NCBI GenBank assembly: GCA_963737265.1 | Contig: CAVTRY010000018.1 | Span: 241,414-305,413, forward strand | From: an uncultured delta proteobacterium | GTDB taxonomy: Bacteria > Myxococcota_A > Polyangia > Fen-1088 | Direction of reading: 5' to 3' | Length of the DNA: 64,000 nucleotides | Shown here: piece by piece, positions 12,568 through 35,280 of the stretch | How the letters are laid out: each line of letters starts with the position of its first letter | How positions within the stretch are numbered: position 1 is the stretch's first letter | The notes under the pieces: generated by a model | What the model was told of the DNA's origin: nothing | What the model saw: the letters and a program-made list of their open reading frames with translations, nothing else | Databases searched by the model: none | Made by a program: the position numbers and the translations under genes

Positions 12568-12891
12568 ATGACCGTCGGAATTGCGCGCCTGACGCTGTTC
12601 TTGCCCAACTCGCATTCGCTCAAAGAAAAGCGCATGGTTCTTCGCCGGATCAAGGACCGCGCGCGGCAGAAATTCAACCTCAGCATCGCCGAGGTTGGCG
12701 ACAACGACCTGTGGCAGCGCGTGGTTCTGGGCGTGGCGCTCGTGGGCAATGACCGGCGCTTCGTCGAGTCGGCGCTGGACGAGATCGTCCGTTTCGTGCG
12801 TGACGAGGCCGAGGTAACCAATGTCGAACGCGAGCTACAGACCTTCAACGACGCTTTGGCCGAAAACGATCTAGGATTCACCCCACGATGA
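12568..12891 (+). CDS. DUF503 (YlxP) family protein
   Basis: HSLKEKR, FNLSIAEVG, DLWQR; conserved position between infB and rbfA. Confidence 0.88.
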   Translation: MTVGIARLTLFLPNSHSLKEKRMVLRRIKDRARQKFNLSIAEVGDNDLWQRVVLGVALVGNDRRFVESALDEIVRFVRDEAEVTNVERELQTFNDALAENDLGFTPR

Positions 12892-13282
12892 CCCAACGAA
12901 CCGAACGCGTGGCTGGCGAAATCCGGGAAATCCTGGGCGAGATCGTCGTGCACCAGGAAATCAAGGATCCACGCGTGCGCAGCGCCGGAATCATTACCTT
13001 CACCCATGTTCGCGTGTCGGGCGACTTGCGCCAGGCCAGGGCGTTTTTCACCGCTCACGGCCTCGACGACGAAAGCCTCGGGCGCGTACGCCAGGGCCTG
13101 ACCAGCGCCGCCGGCTACATGCGGCGGCGAATCGCGGAACGGTTGCGCCTGAAGAGCACGCCGGCGCCTGACCTTCGAGGTGGACCAGCGTGTTCGAGCA
13201 GGAGGCGCACATCGACGCTCTTTTGCGCCAAGTGGCCACGACCGAGCCGAGTGAAAGCGACTCGGGCAAGAAGAGCGATTGA
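12888..13282 (+). CDS. rbfA: Ribosome-binding factor A, apparently with two +1 insertions near 13168 and 13185
   Basis: RTERVAGEIR, IKDPR, VSGDLRQA. Removing two bases restores TPALTFEVDSVFEQEAHIDALL ending at TGA 13280-13282, which overlaps the truB TTG. Confidence 0.88.
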
Positions 13283-14184
13283 GTATCATCGTCATCGACA
13301 AGCCGACCGGGCCGAGCTCGTTTTCCGTGGTTTGGCGCGTGCGTTCGCTGCTGGGCAGGCCGCGCGAGAAGGTGGGACACGGCGGAACGCTCGATCCGTT
13401 CGCGAGTGGGGTTTTGCCCATCTGCTTCGGCGAGGCAACCAAGATCCTCACCTTTCTGCTCGACGCGGACAAGTCCTACGAGGCGGTGGTGCGTTTTGGC
13501 GTCGAGACCGATACCCTCGACGTCACAGGGCAGACCGTCGCGGAGCATGCGACGGCTGGCCTGTCGACGGCGGCGATCGAAGCCGCCGTGGAGCCGTTCT
13601 GCGGCCCCATCGAACAGGTGCCGCCCATGTATTCGGCGCTGAAACGCGACGGCCGGCCACTTTATGCCTACGCCCGCGCGGGACAGACGGTGGAGCGCAA
13701 GGCGCGCAAGGTGACGATTCATGAGCTTACGTTGCTGGACTTTGAAGCACCCGACCGCGCCCGCCTGCGCATTCGCTGCTCCAAGGGCACGTACATTCGG
13801 TCGCTGGCTGCCGACTTGGGACAGCGATTGGGCGTCGGGGCACACCTTGTCGAGCTTCGCCGGACGGCCTCGGGCCCGTTCAGCTTGGAGCGAGCCATCA
13901 CGCTCGATGATCTAGATGCGCGCATTTCCGACAAACAGCCGCTGCCGCTGTTGTCGCTGCTGGAGGCACTGGCCCACCTCCCGACCGCGCCCGTCGACCA
14001 GAGCCAGGCCCTCGTGCTTGAGCGCGGACAGCGCATGGACTGGGCGGCGCTCTGCCAAGGGCGCGATCTCAGCGGGCCGGTGTGCGCGGTTTACCAGGGA
14101 GAAAACGGGCCGTCGCTGGTCGCCGTGGTCGCGCAAGGACGCGAAGGCAACGTGAAGATCCTGCGTGGCTTCAGTAAGGCGTAG
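13279..14184 (+). CDS. truB: tRNA pseudouridine-55 synthase
   Basis: IDKPTG, KVGHGGTLDPFASGVL, QVPPMYSA, CSKGTYIRSL. Confidence 0.97.
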   Translation: MSIIVIDKPTGPSSFSVVWRVRSLLGRPREKVGHGGTLDPFASGVLPICFGEATKILTFLLDADKSYEAVVRFGVETDTLDVTGQTVAEHATAGLSTAAIEAAVEPFCGPIEQVPPMYSALKRDGRPLYAYARAGQTVERKARKVTIHELTLLDFEAPDRARLRIRCSKGTYIRSLAADLGQRLGVGAHLVELRRTASGPFSLERAITLDDLDARISDKQPLPLLSLLEALAHLPTAPVDQSQALVLERGQRMDWAALCQGRDLSGPVCAVYQGENGPSLVAVVAQGREGNVKILRGFSKA

Positions 14185-14303
14185 CCACGCGCCCCGCGTT
14201 CGCTCGCGAAGTGCAGCCCGACGAAGACCTTGGCCGCGATAATCAGACAGACACTTTTGCTCCGACCTCGTAGCCAGTCACGGACGCGAGAACTGCGAGC
14301 ATG

Positions 14304-14711
14304 CTACTTCGCTACCATCTCGGGGGAGCTGTTGCGGGCAGCGTCGCCCACGATGCGACGAACTGCTCCGACGAGAAGATCGGCCTGGAAGGGTTTGACG
14401 ATCCATCCACGGGCGCCCGCGCGCTTCGCCCGTGCGATGAGATCTGGGGTGCCATCGGTCGTCAACATAACCACGGGTACCGAGGGAGCGCGATGTTCGC
14501 CCTTGAACTTTTCGAGAAACTCGATGCCGTCCATGCGCGGCATGTTCACATCGCAGAGGATCATCGAGATTTCTGCGTGTGCGCCTACGGCATCGAGTCC
14601 CGCCAGCCCATCACCAGCTTGAATAACATCGTAGCCGGCGGCGATCAAAACCGCCGATACCTGTTGGCGAACCGTCAGAGAGTCATCAATAACAAGGACG
14701 CTTGCTTTCAT
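14304..14711 (-). CDS. Single-domain CheY-like response regulator
   Basis: VLVIDDS, CDVNMPRMDG, MLTT, GWIVKPF. Confidence 0.9.
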   Translation of the reverse strand: MKASVLVIDDSLTVRQQVSAVLIAAGYDVIQAGDGLAGLDAVGAHAEISMILCDVNMPRMDGIEFLEKFKGEHRAPSVPVVMLTTDGTPDLIARAKRAGARGWIVKPFQADLLVGAVRRIVGDAARNSSPEMVAK

Positions 14712-14727
14712 GGTGGATCACTCGCTC

Positions 14728-15270
14728 CTAGAACACGACGATGCTACCCTCGGAGAGCGCCGCCTCGGACGAGGAGCCTGGTTGGTCGGCGAGGCTGAAG
14801 CCCGCTCGGACGTCCAGCTCCAGCCAAGTTTCGATATGCATGTCGTCTATCCCGATAACGATCGGCGTTGGGATCTGCTTCTGCGTCTTGGTGATCCGCA
14901 CCTGTTCCGCAACCATGCTTTGCGGCGAACCGACTGCAATCGCAAGGCCATATGCGAGCACGCGATTCTTGAAACGCCCGACTGCTTGGTTGGCTAATTC
15001 CCGTGCCCAATCCGCCAGGTCCCTATTGTTTCCTTCCGCCGGAATGGGGTGCAGTCGTGCGAACACGCGCGGTGGACCAAGCAGGGTAAATGAGCCGCGC
15101 ACATCGTCGCTGCCGAATCCGACGAAGGCCGCCAGAACCTCACCCAACCCAACCTCGGACTCGCGCCCGGGCAAGAGAATCGGCTGGGCGCCGAGGTCGC
15201 GCACAAGCTCCGTCAGACAGACGGCGAGAATTTCGTTGAGGCGTTGTTCGGTGAATTTCCCAGACATCAT
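14728..15270 (-). CDS. CheX-like chemotaxis phosphatase domain protein
   Basis: DWARELANQAVG (ExxN motif), followed by GSP; adjacent to the CheY-like gene. Confidence 0.7.
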   Translation of the reverse strand: MMSGKFTEQRLNEILAVCLTELVRDLGAQPILLPGRESEVGLGEVLAAFVGFGSDDVRGSFTLLGPPRVFARLHPIPAEGNNRDLADWARELANQAVGRFKNRVLAYGLAIAVGSPQSMVAEQVRITKTQKQIPTPIVIGIDDMHIETWLELDVRAGFSLADQPGSSSEAALSEGSIVVF

Positions 15271-15315
15271 AACTCTCGCCTTCGTATTTCGACTTGTTGC
15301 CCCTGAACCTGTAGC

Positions 15316-16785
15316 TCAAGCGATCCCCTTTTTTTTGGTTCCGTCTTCCCCTGCAATCGGCAGTGTGAGAGTCCTGCGCATGGACTCGCCGGGCCGCGGC
15401 CGCGCGCCCATCACGACTCGATTTCTCCCGCCTGCTTTTGCCTGATACATGGCTTGATCGGCTCGGTCGAGCAATTGGTCCGCACTTTCCCCCGCAGTCA
15501 TGCTGCAGGCGCCAATGGAAATCGTCACCCGAACCTCTTGGCCATCTTCGTCTTCCATGACCATTCCTTGCACGGCGGCCCGAATCCGCTCGGCGGCCAT
15601 CTGGGCTCCTGCCTCCTCTGCGCCCGACAGGGCGACGACAAACTCTTCACCACCCCAGCGCCCAACGATATCCACCTTGCGCGCTTGGTGCTGAAGCAAA
15701 CGCGCCAACGCGGACAGAACGCTGTCGCCGGCGGCGTGGCCGAGTCTGTCGTTGATCGACTTGAAATGGTCAACGTCGAGTAGCAGCAGCGAGAGGGCGT
15801 AGGCATGACGAATGCTGCGCGCGCGCTCCAGGTCAAGCGCGTTCAGGAACGCCCGTCGATTCATAAGACCGGTCAAGGGATCGGTGGTCGCCGCGCGCTG
15901 CGCTTCTTCCACCAGGGAGGTGATTCGCAAAGGTCCGCCCAATTCGCGCGAGATGATGTCGATGATGCGCGGGTCTTGAGGAGCGCCGTGGTCATTCTCG
16001 CAAAGCGCAATGCGAGCGATCGTGGCCGGGCCGAAGTTGATGCCGCGGACGAGCGATGGAAAGCAGCGTTCGTTCGACGCTGCGTCCTCGTCCACGATAC
16101 GAAGAACGCTGTGGCCGGGTGGAATTTCCAATACCTTGCGCGCCTCGTTTTCGCTCTCTTCGGCAACAGCCGGGTGGCAATGCAATCCGATATGAGAAGG
16201 CGTGCCCACGGCAAGGGCCAGCCAGCGGTACGACACGACTTGGGAAACGAACTGGACCAACGCGTCGAAAAGATGGGCGAAGTCACCACACGTCGACAGT
16301 GCGCGTACCTCGGACGACAGCACGGACTCAAACAGGGCGGCATCGAGATGCGCCGCAATGCGATCGCGAATATCGGAATCGGCGCCCTGCAGTTGCGTAA
16401 AAAAGGCGTCGTCGTCGACTGGACCAATGCACTTGGTGAGCGCCAGGACCAGGTTTCGCATCTGCCCTTTGACGACGTACGCCGCCGCGCCGGCGCGTTC
16501 GGCCCAGAAGCGATTGCGTGGATTGTCAGGCCCGCGCAAGATGACCGGGACGCGTTCGGTGGCGGCCTCGCCGCCCAGCAGGCGAGTCAGTTGTACGCCG
16601 GAAATCCCGTTCATCCACAAATCCGCGACGACGGCGGAAGGCGGGCTATTGAGTGCCGCGTGAGCGCCGTCGATGGGCCCCACGAATGCCGTGACCCTGT
16701 ACCCCTGCATGGATAGCCGCTCGACCAACACGTCGCGCTCCTCATCGTCGGGATCGATGATAAGGATGGGCTGACCGCTCGTCAT
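15316..16785 (-). CDS. REC-GGDEF diguanylate cyclase
   Basis: N-terminal REC (ADLWM), TDPLTGLMNRR, DVDHFKSIND, I-site RKVD, GGEEF. Confidence 0.92.
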   Translation of the reverse strand: MTSGQPILIIDPDDEERDVLVERLSMQGYRVTAFVGPIDGAHAALNSPPSAVVADLWMNGISGVQLTRLLGGEAATERVPVILRGPDNPRNRFWAERAGAAAYVVKGQMRNLVLALTKCIGPVDDDAFFTQLQGADSDIRDRIAAHLDAALFESVLSSEVRALSTCGDFAHLFDALVQFVSQVVSYRWLALAVGTPSHIGLHCHPAVAEESENEARKVLEIPPGHSVLRIVDEDAASNERCFPSLVRGINFGPATIARIALCENDHGAPQDPRIIDIISRELGGPLRITSLVEEAQRAATTDPLTGLMNRRAFLNALDLERARSIRHAYALSLLLLDVDHFKSINDRLGHAAGDSVLSALARLLQHQARKVDIVGRWGGEEFVVALSGAEEAGAQMAAERIRAAVQGMVMEDEDGQEVRVTISIGACSMTAGESADQLLDRADQAMYQAKAGGRNRVVMGARPRPGESMRRTLTLPIAGEDGTKKKGIA

Positions 16786-17347
16786 GGCATTCTGATCGGT
16801 AGGAACCTCGGAGCCGTTAAGGACACACAGCCACCGACAAGGGAGCGGATTGACGTCGCATCGGGGTAGCCTAGTAAGAGCTTGTCGGTAAATTGCATGC
16901 CGCCCGAAGGGCCGGCACGCGGCTGGCGGTTCGCGGGCCGCGCGAGCGAGGGCGTGAGCGAGTTCGTGGGCGGCAAGCGACAGGCGGAAAGCGTGGGCGA
17001 GGGCGTGAGCGCTCCGCGAGTCGCGGACCGCACACGTCACCCATGTTCCCGCTTGCACAGCTTGCACAGCACGCAAGACGCGCACGCGAGCCGCGACACG
17101 CAGGTCGCTCTTGCTACCGCGACCGCTCACGCTGGCCGATCTGCGCTGAACCGGAAGGCCCTCCCGCCCATGTGGGCCAGCCGTGTGAGCATCCCCTACG
17201 GGGGAAATCGGGAAGTTGGCCGCGCTGGCAGCGTGGCATGACCTGGCATCGCGATCTGCTCCCTGAATTCCCCGACAGACTCAAGCTAATCCCTGGCCGC
17301 GCGCCGCAAGCGCGCTAGGATTCGATCGTAAAGGAAGGATTTTCTAG

Positions 17348-18772
17348 ATGTTGCCCCTCTCGCCCAAGCTCAGCCAGCATTCCGAGGACTTTATCGACGA
17401 CGCCCATCTCGAAAAGCTGGCAGGCGGCGTCGGCCTGGTCGATGTGGCGCGCCTGCGCGACGTGATCGCCAAGGCGCTCGACAAGCAGGCGCTTTCGGTC
17501 GACGAGGCGGCGGTGCTGCTACATGCGCGCGATCCGGAGCTGCGCGAAGAGGTTTTCTCGGCGGCGCGCGAGCTCAAGCAGCGCGTGTACGGCAACCGCA
17601 TCGTGCTGTTCGCGCCGCTCTACCTCGGCAATATGTGCGTGAACAACTGCGCCTATTGCGGCTTTCAGAACAAGAACAAGGACATGGTCCGCCGCACGCT
17701 TGGTATCGACGAGATCCGCGAGCAAGTGGTGGCGATGGAGAAGCAGGGGCACAAGCGCCTCATCGTCGTGTTTGGCGAGCATCCGCGCTACGACGCCGAC
17801 TTCATCGCGACCTGCATTCGCGATATCTACGATGTCCACACCGGGCACGGCGAAATCCGCCGCGTGAACGTCAACGCCGCACCCTTCGATCACGCGGGCT
17901 TTAGGACCATCAAGGCCGCCGGCATCGGCACCTACCAGATCTTCATGGAAACCTACCACCACAAGACCTACGCGCGCGTGCACCCGGCCGGCACGCCCAA
18001 GGGCGACTACCAGTGGCGGCTCGATGCCTTGAGCCGCGCCTTCGAGGTGGGACAGGACGACCTTGGCATCGGCGCGCTTTTTGGTTTGGCGGACTGGCGC
18101 TTCGACGTGCTGGGTCTCGTCAACCACGCCGTCTTTCTGAAAGATCGCTACGGCTGCGGCCCGCACACCATCAGTTTCCCGCGGCTGCGCCCAGCCTCGG
18201 GCGTCGATCTCGGCGACGGCAATCTGGTCAACGACGAAGACTTCAAGTTTCTCATCGCCGTGCTGCGCCTAGCGGTGCCTTACACGGGCCTCATCCTCAC
18301 CGCGCGCGAGACGGCCGAGCTGCGCAAGACCGCCATGGAATTCGGCGTCTCGCAAATCGATGCCGGCTCGTGCGTGGAGCTCGGCGGCTACACCGAACAG
18401 ACCTGCGGTCAGCGCATGGAGCGCGAGCAATTCACCCTGGGCGACACACGCACGCTCGATAAGGTCATCGGCGAGCTGACGGAACAAGGCCATGTGCCCA
18501 GCTTCTGCACCGCTTGCTATCGCCTCGGCCGCACCGGCGAACATTTTATGGAATTCGCCATTCCCGGCTTCATCAAGCGCTTCTGTGCTCCCAACGCGCT
18601 GACCACGTTCATGGAATATCTCGTCGACTACGCCTCGCCGGAAACCGCCAAGTCGGGCCTGGCGCAGATCCAGGCCGAGCTCGACAAGATGGCGGACTCG
18701 CCGATGAAGCAGCAGGTCCTCGATCGCTTGGCCCGCATCCGCGAGACCAACGAACGGGACATGGTGTTCTAA
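17348..18772 (+). CDS. hydG: [FeFe]-hydrogenase maturation radical SAM enzyme HydG
   Basis: FAPLYLGNMCVNNCAYCGF (CX3CX2C), HTISFPRL, and C-terminal CTAC-X22-C, which distinguishes HydG from ThiH. Confidence 0.88.
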   Translation: MLPLSPKLSQHSEDFIDDAHLEKLAGGVGLVDVARLRDVIAKALDKQALSVDEAAVLLHARDPELREEVFSAARELKQRVYGNRIVLFAPLYLGNMCVNNCAYCGFQNKNKDMVRRTLGIDEIREQVVAMEKQGHKRLIVVFGEHPRYDADFIATCIRDIYDVHTGHGEIRRVNVNAAPFDHAGFRTIKAAGIGTYQIFMETYHHKTYARVHPAGTPKGDYQWRLDALSRAFEVGQDDLGIGALFGLADWRFDVLGLVNHAVFLKDRYGCGPHTISFPRLRPASGVDLGDGNLVNDEDFKFLIAVLRLAVPYTGLILTARETAELRKTAMEFGVSQIDAGSCVELGGYTEQTCGQRMEREQFTLGDTRTLDKVIGELTEQGHVPSFCTACYRLGRTGEHFMEFAIPGFIKRFCAPNALTTFMEYLVDYASPETAKSGLAQIQAELDKMADSPMKQQVLDRLARIRETNERDMVF

Positions 18773-18987
18773 GCGCGGCTCTCGTGCGCGTGGTCGGTGC
18801 GCGCAACGCACCTAGCTTGGATTCGGCTGTTCACCTGCCGTTCCAGCTCGCATTTTTGCGGCGCCCGGGGCCTTGGGAAAAAACGCAGGCGGGCCGTGGG
18901 TTTCCCGATTCCGCCGGGGCGTTCGGAGCTATAGTCCTGGCCCTGTCTGACCCTCACCAAGCAGGCTCGGAGGATGGGATATCCGAC

Positions 18988-30224
<11,237 letters not shown>

Positions 30225-30266
30225 CGAGTTGGACGAGGTCGCGCGCCCGGCTTCACTCGTCCGGAT

Positions 30267-31482
30267 TCACTCGATCGTTCGGCGGGATACGGCATCGACG
30301 TGTTCGACGACGGCGCGTGCGTTCATTGTCCGGGCGTAGACGTAGAGGGCCGCGGACGAGTCGTCGCCGAGGGCCTCCTCGCTGACTCGCAACGCTTTGC
30401 TGACCGCGAATACCATTCGTTCAGGCAGACCCGCGTTGGTCATCTCGACGCGCTTCCAAACCGCGTCGCGACTCCAAAAGCCGAGCACTTCCAGAAACAC
30501 GCGCTGGCCGTGCTCGCGGTGGACGAATTGCAAGTCAGGCACGCACACGCCGAGGCCCGGCAGATCCAAGATCGCGTCGGCCAACGATACCTCCCAAGGC
30601 GACGGGTGCTTGCGCAGGTCGCCGAGCAGGGTTACCACCTCGTCGGGCAGGGCGGCCGGATTGCCAATTGGCTCGCCCGGCAGCGCGGGGGCATTTCCCC
30701 GCAGCTGGCAGCGCAGCGGGCGGCGCTCTCGACCCCAGCGCACGTTGGACGTTACACTCCATCGATCGCAGGCCATGATCGCGGGCAGGGCCAGCGCGAG
30801 CTTGAGGCCATACTTGGTGGTCTGCTCAAATAGGCTGAAGGGTCCGTCGATGTCGATGGCATAGCCTGCCCCTCCATCGAGCTTGGTCACGGTGTAGAGA
30901 AGTCGATGAAACTTGAGCTTGCGAAAGAGCGCACGGTAGCCGGCGGGCGTGCTGCTTTGCACGCGGGCCTGCATGCGGACGGCACGCAGGAGAACTGCTT
31001 GATGCTGGGCCAACTCGAAATTCGCAAGCAGATCGTCGGCGGTTGGCAGGGCGGCCCGACGGAGGACGTGGGCGCTCGGAAGATCGGCGTACAGCGCCTG
31101 TTCGAGGGCATCGACTTCCACGCCGCGGTGGTGGGCGATCTCTTGCAGCACGGTGTCTCGTGCGAAATCGCGCTCGCTTCCGCAACGCACGGTGGCCGCT
31201 CGCGCGAAGACCTCACGGCGTAACTCAGTCGGATCCACCGCGGAGCCGTCGTCGAATTCGCACGTATCCAGGGCGAGCTTGAATAGGGCGCGCGCCAGGC
31301 GGTTTTCCGTCGGTGCGACCGCCACTTGGCTCCAAGCTTCGAGGAGCGCCCCGCGCGGTTGCCCAAGATGAGCGCGGACTAGGGCGAGCGCGGTGGATGC
31401 CAGCTCGTTGGCGCGCGGTCGCTCGGCATCGGCCAGCGGCACGACATGTAGCAGATCGCCCCGGCGGCGAACGTGGACCAGG

Positions 31483-31496
<14 letters not shown>
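30267..31496 (-). CDS. DUF790 family protein (Bax1-like PD-(D/E)XK nuclease)
   Basis: MLTADLV start, LYADL, IDGPFSLF..TTKYG, VPDLQF...FLEVLGFW. Confidence 0.85.
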
Positions 31497-32889
<1,393 letters not shown>

Positions 32890-32931
32890 GCCAGCCAGTT
32901 TGGCATAGCTCGCCCGGTATTCAGCCAACGA

Positions 32932-33501
32932 TTAGGGTCTGGCGCTAACGTCGGCCTGGCCCACGATGGCGATTAAGTCGTCGACCGCGACGAAGAGTAG
33001 GCTGGGGCGCTCAATCTTGTGGGCGGTCAAGCTTTCGGAAAACTCGAAACTCACATGAAAGTGGACGCCGTCTTTGGTCTCAAGCGTGAGGTCGATGGGA
33101 TGGCTGACCGACACGCCGTGAAGCTCCACCGACGCCTGGACGTTGATTTTGGTTGTGCCGGCAGTGGTTGGCAATTTGAAGCCGGGAAGAGCCGCACGCA
33201 CAGAGGCCCAAGGGTATTTCTCGCCCTCGACGACTTCCATCATGTGCGCGTCGCGATTGGTGTTGCCGCTGTCGAAGGTGCCGACTTGGGCACGCGCCAT
33301 GACCTTCAATCCCGACGCATCCACGCTTCCGCGGACCGCCATGGCCTTGCTTACGCCAGCGAATTTGTGGAATTTGTGCACCATCTGGAATTCGACTGAA
33401 CCGCTTCCGGAAAGCTGGGTCGTCTGCGCAGCGGCGGGCGTTGGCCGTGCTAGGGCTGCGGCCACTAGCAGTAGGAGGGGAAAGTAGCGCTTGCAAACCA
33501 T
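32932..33501 (-). CDS. YceI-family secreted lipid/polyisoprenoid-binding protein
   Basis: Signal peptide, FDSGNTNRDAHM, LHGV. Confidence 0.8.
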   Translation of the reverse strand: MVCKRYFPLLLLVAAALARPTPAAAQTTQLSGSGSVEFQMVHKFHKFAGVSKAMAVRGSVDASGLKVMARAQVGTFDSGNTNRDAHMMEVVEGEKYPWASVRAALPGFKLPTTAGTTKINVQASVELHGVSVSHPIDLTLETKDGVHFHVSFEFSESLTAHKIERPSLLFVAVDDLIAIVGQADVSARP

Positions 33502-33724
33502 GATCTTGATTCCTTTCGGTGCGGTCAAAATTCCAGCCCCGCCCAATTGTCCGCCAAGAGGAATGTACCCTGTGATGGGATCCATCAGGCTCACGATCGA
33601 CTTTAGGGCCCGTTCCACTTGAACTATGATGATTCACCCTGGTGATGCGTTTCATGTTTGGCATGCGTCGGTTAGCGAAAACTCGAGGATCTTCTAATTC
33701 GGAGAGCGTCTTCCGCATTTCCTT

Positions 33725-35218
33725 ATGAAGTCTCTCGGGTGGGGTCTTATCGCTGGTCTGTTGTTTTCGCTCGTCGCGTGGGACTTTGCCGTCGCGACGA
33801 CCTTTCTCGGCGACGACTACATCTTTCGCGCCTTCGCTCGTTTTGAGCCGAGCCCGCTCGCCGCCTTCGTGGCCGACAAGCACGGCGGCGAGTACTATCG
33901 ACCGATCGCCATGCTGCTCTGGTGGGTCGTCGAGCGGAGCTCGGGCGGCGGCGTCTGGGCGTACGCGCTCACCGCGCTTCTTCTCCACACTCTGTGTGCC
34001 GTTCTTCTCGGGGTGGTTGGCCATGGCCTGGGATTTTCGCGACCGGCTGCGCTTTTCGCAGGCGTCCTGTTCTTCGCCGCGCCGGCCGAACGCGAAGCCG
34101 CGCTGTGGTTTTCCGCCAGTGCCGATCTGCTTTCCTCGGCCTGCATGTTGGGCGCCATTGCGTGCTGGCTTTCGGGCCAGCGATGGCGGCGTGCTGCTTC
34201 GGCTGTGCTGACGGCGATCGCGTTGCTTTGCAAGGAAACGGCCTTGGTCCTTCCCTTGCTGCTTGCCTCGGCCAGCTTGTTTTCCGCCCGACACCAGGGC
34301 AGGGCGCTTGCGCTTCGACGACTGCTGGCCGCGATCGCCCCTCACGCCGCCATCGTGATTGTGTACCTCGTCGCGCGCTCGCTGGTCTTGCGTGGGATCG
34401 GCGGCGCCAACGATCCTGTTGCACCCTGGTGGGGACGGTGCGTGCAGCTCGTGGGCGGGTTGGTTCACGCCGTAACCGCCTACGCGCCTCTGCCCGAGTG
34501 GGTGGCGTGGCTGGCGGGTGTCTCGATAATCGGTTGGGCGGCGACGGTGGCGTTGCGCAAGAGCCCGTGGGCCGGATTCGCCGTCACTTGGGTGATCGCC
34601 ACTCTCCTGCCGTTGCCTGCGGCGGGATGGGTCGTAGGGGCTCGCTACTACTATCTGCCGGCTGCTGGCCTCGTGCTCCTGCTTGCCATGGCACTCCAGG
34701 CTACGAGCCGTCTTGCTGCGGCGTTTGCCCTGGCCTTCTTTCTCGGGCTCGGCCTTCTGTCGGGGCATCAGCGAGCGGGTGAGGTGGCCCTGTACCGTCA
34801 GGCCGTCGCTGCGGCACAAGCCGCGGTTGCTGATGGGATAACCAAGGGACACCGGCTGTTCCTGGTGCGAGGCGCGGTGAAGGACCTGGACCTCGCCATC
34901 AAGCTCGATTCACGCAGTCCGTCCGCGGTTCAGACGACCGTCTCGATACCCGATGTCCCAGCATCTTTCGTCTGGATGCCGCCCGACCTTGCCGATCGCC
35001 TGGACTTTCTCCTCGCGTGTCCCGCTCTGCCGCCGTCGGGCGCCTATCGCTTTGGCGGCGAGAAAATCGTGGGTCTGGCACGCAGGGACGAAGCACCAGA
35101 CCTGGATGACGTGCTTGCCCGCCTGCCCGAGCTGCGAATGATTCAGATACTCCCCGACCGCGGGCGCTTTACCTGGCAGGATCGAACGGAAGCCTTCAGG
35201 CGCGCGGAACAAGAGTAG
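33725..35218 (+). CDS. Multi-pass membrane protein, GT-C/PMT-like glycosyltransferase fold
   Basis: FLGDDY, YYRP, ALLCKE, RYYYLP motifs and many hydrophobic helices. Confidence 0.6.
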   Translation: MKSLGWGLIAGLLFSLVAWDFAVATTFLGDDYIFRAFARFEPSPLAAFVADKHGGEYYRPIAMLLWWVVERSSGGGVWAYALTALLLHTLCAVLLGVVGHGLGFSRPAALFAGVLFFAAPAEREAALWFSASADLLSSACMLGAIACWLSGQRWRRAASAVLTAIALLCKETALVLPLLLASASLFSARHQGRALALRRLLAAIAPHAAIVIVYLVARSLVLRGIGGANDPVAPWWGRCVQLVGGLVHAVTAYAPLPEWVAWLAGVSIIGWAATVALRKSPWAGFAVTWVIATLLPLPAAGWVVGARYYYLPAAGLVLLLAMALQATSRLAAAFALAFFLGLGLLSGHQRAGEVALYRQAVAAAQAAVADGITKGHRLFLVRGAVKDLDLAIKLDSRSPSAVQTTVSIPDVPASFVWMPPDLADRLDFLLACPALPPSGAYRFGGEKIVGLARRDEAPDLDDVLARLPELRMIQILPDRGRFTWQDRTEAFRRAEQE

Positions 35219-35280
35219 ATGTTGTCTTCTCGTCGCTCGCGGCTTGGCGTACCATGATTGTGCCGCTGCGGGCGCACACC

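Noticed and set aside
17348-18772. ThiH with a TPP riboswitch
   Set aside because: The C-terminal CX2CX22C motif favours HydG; no TPP aptamer or thi genes seen.
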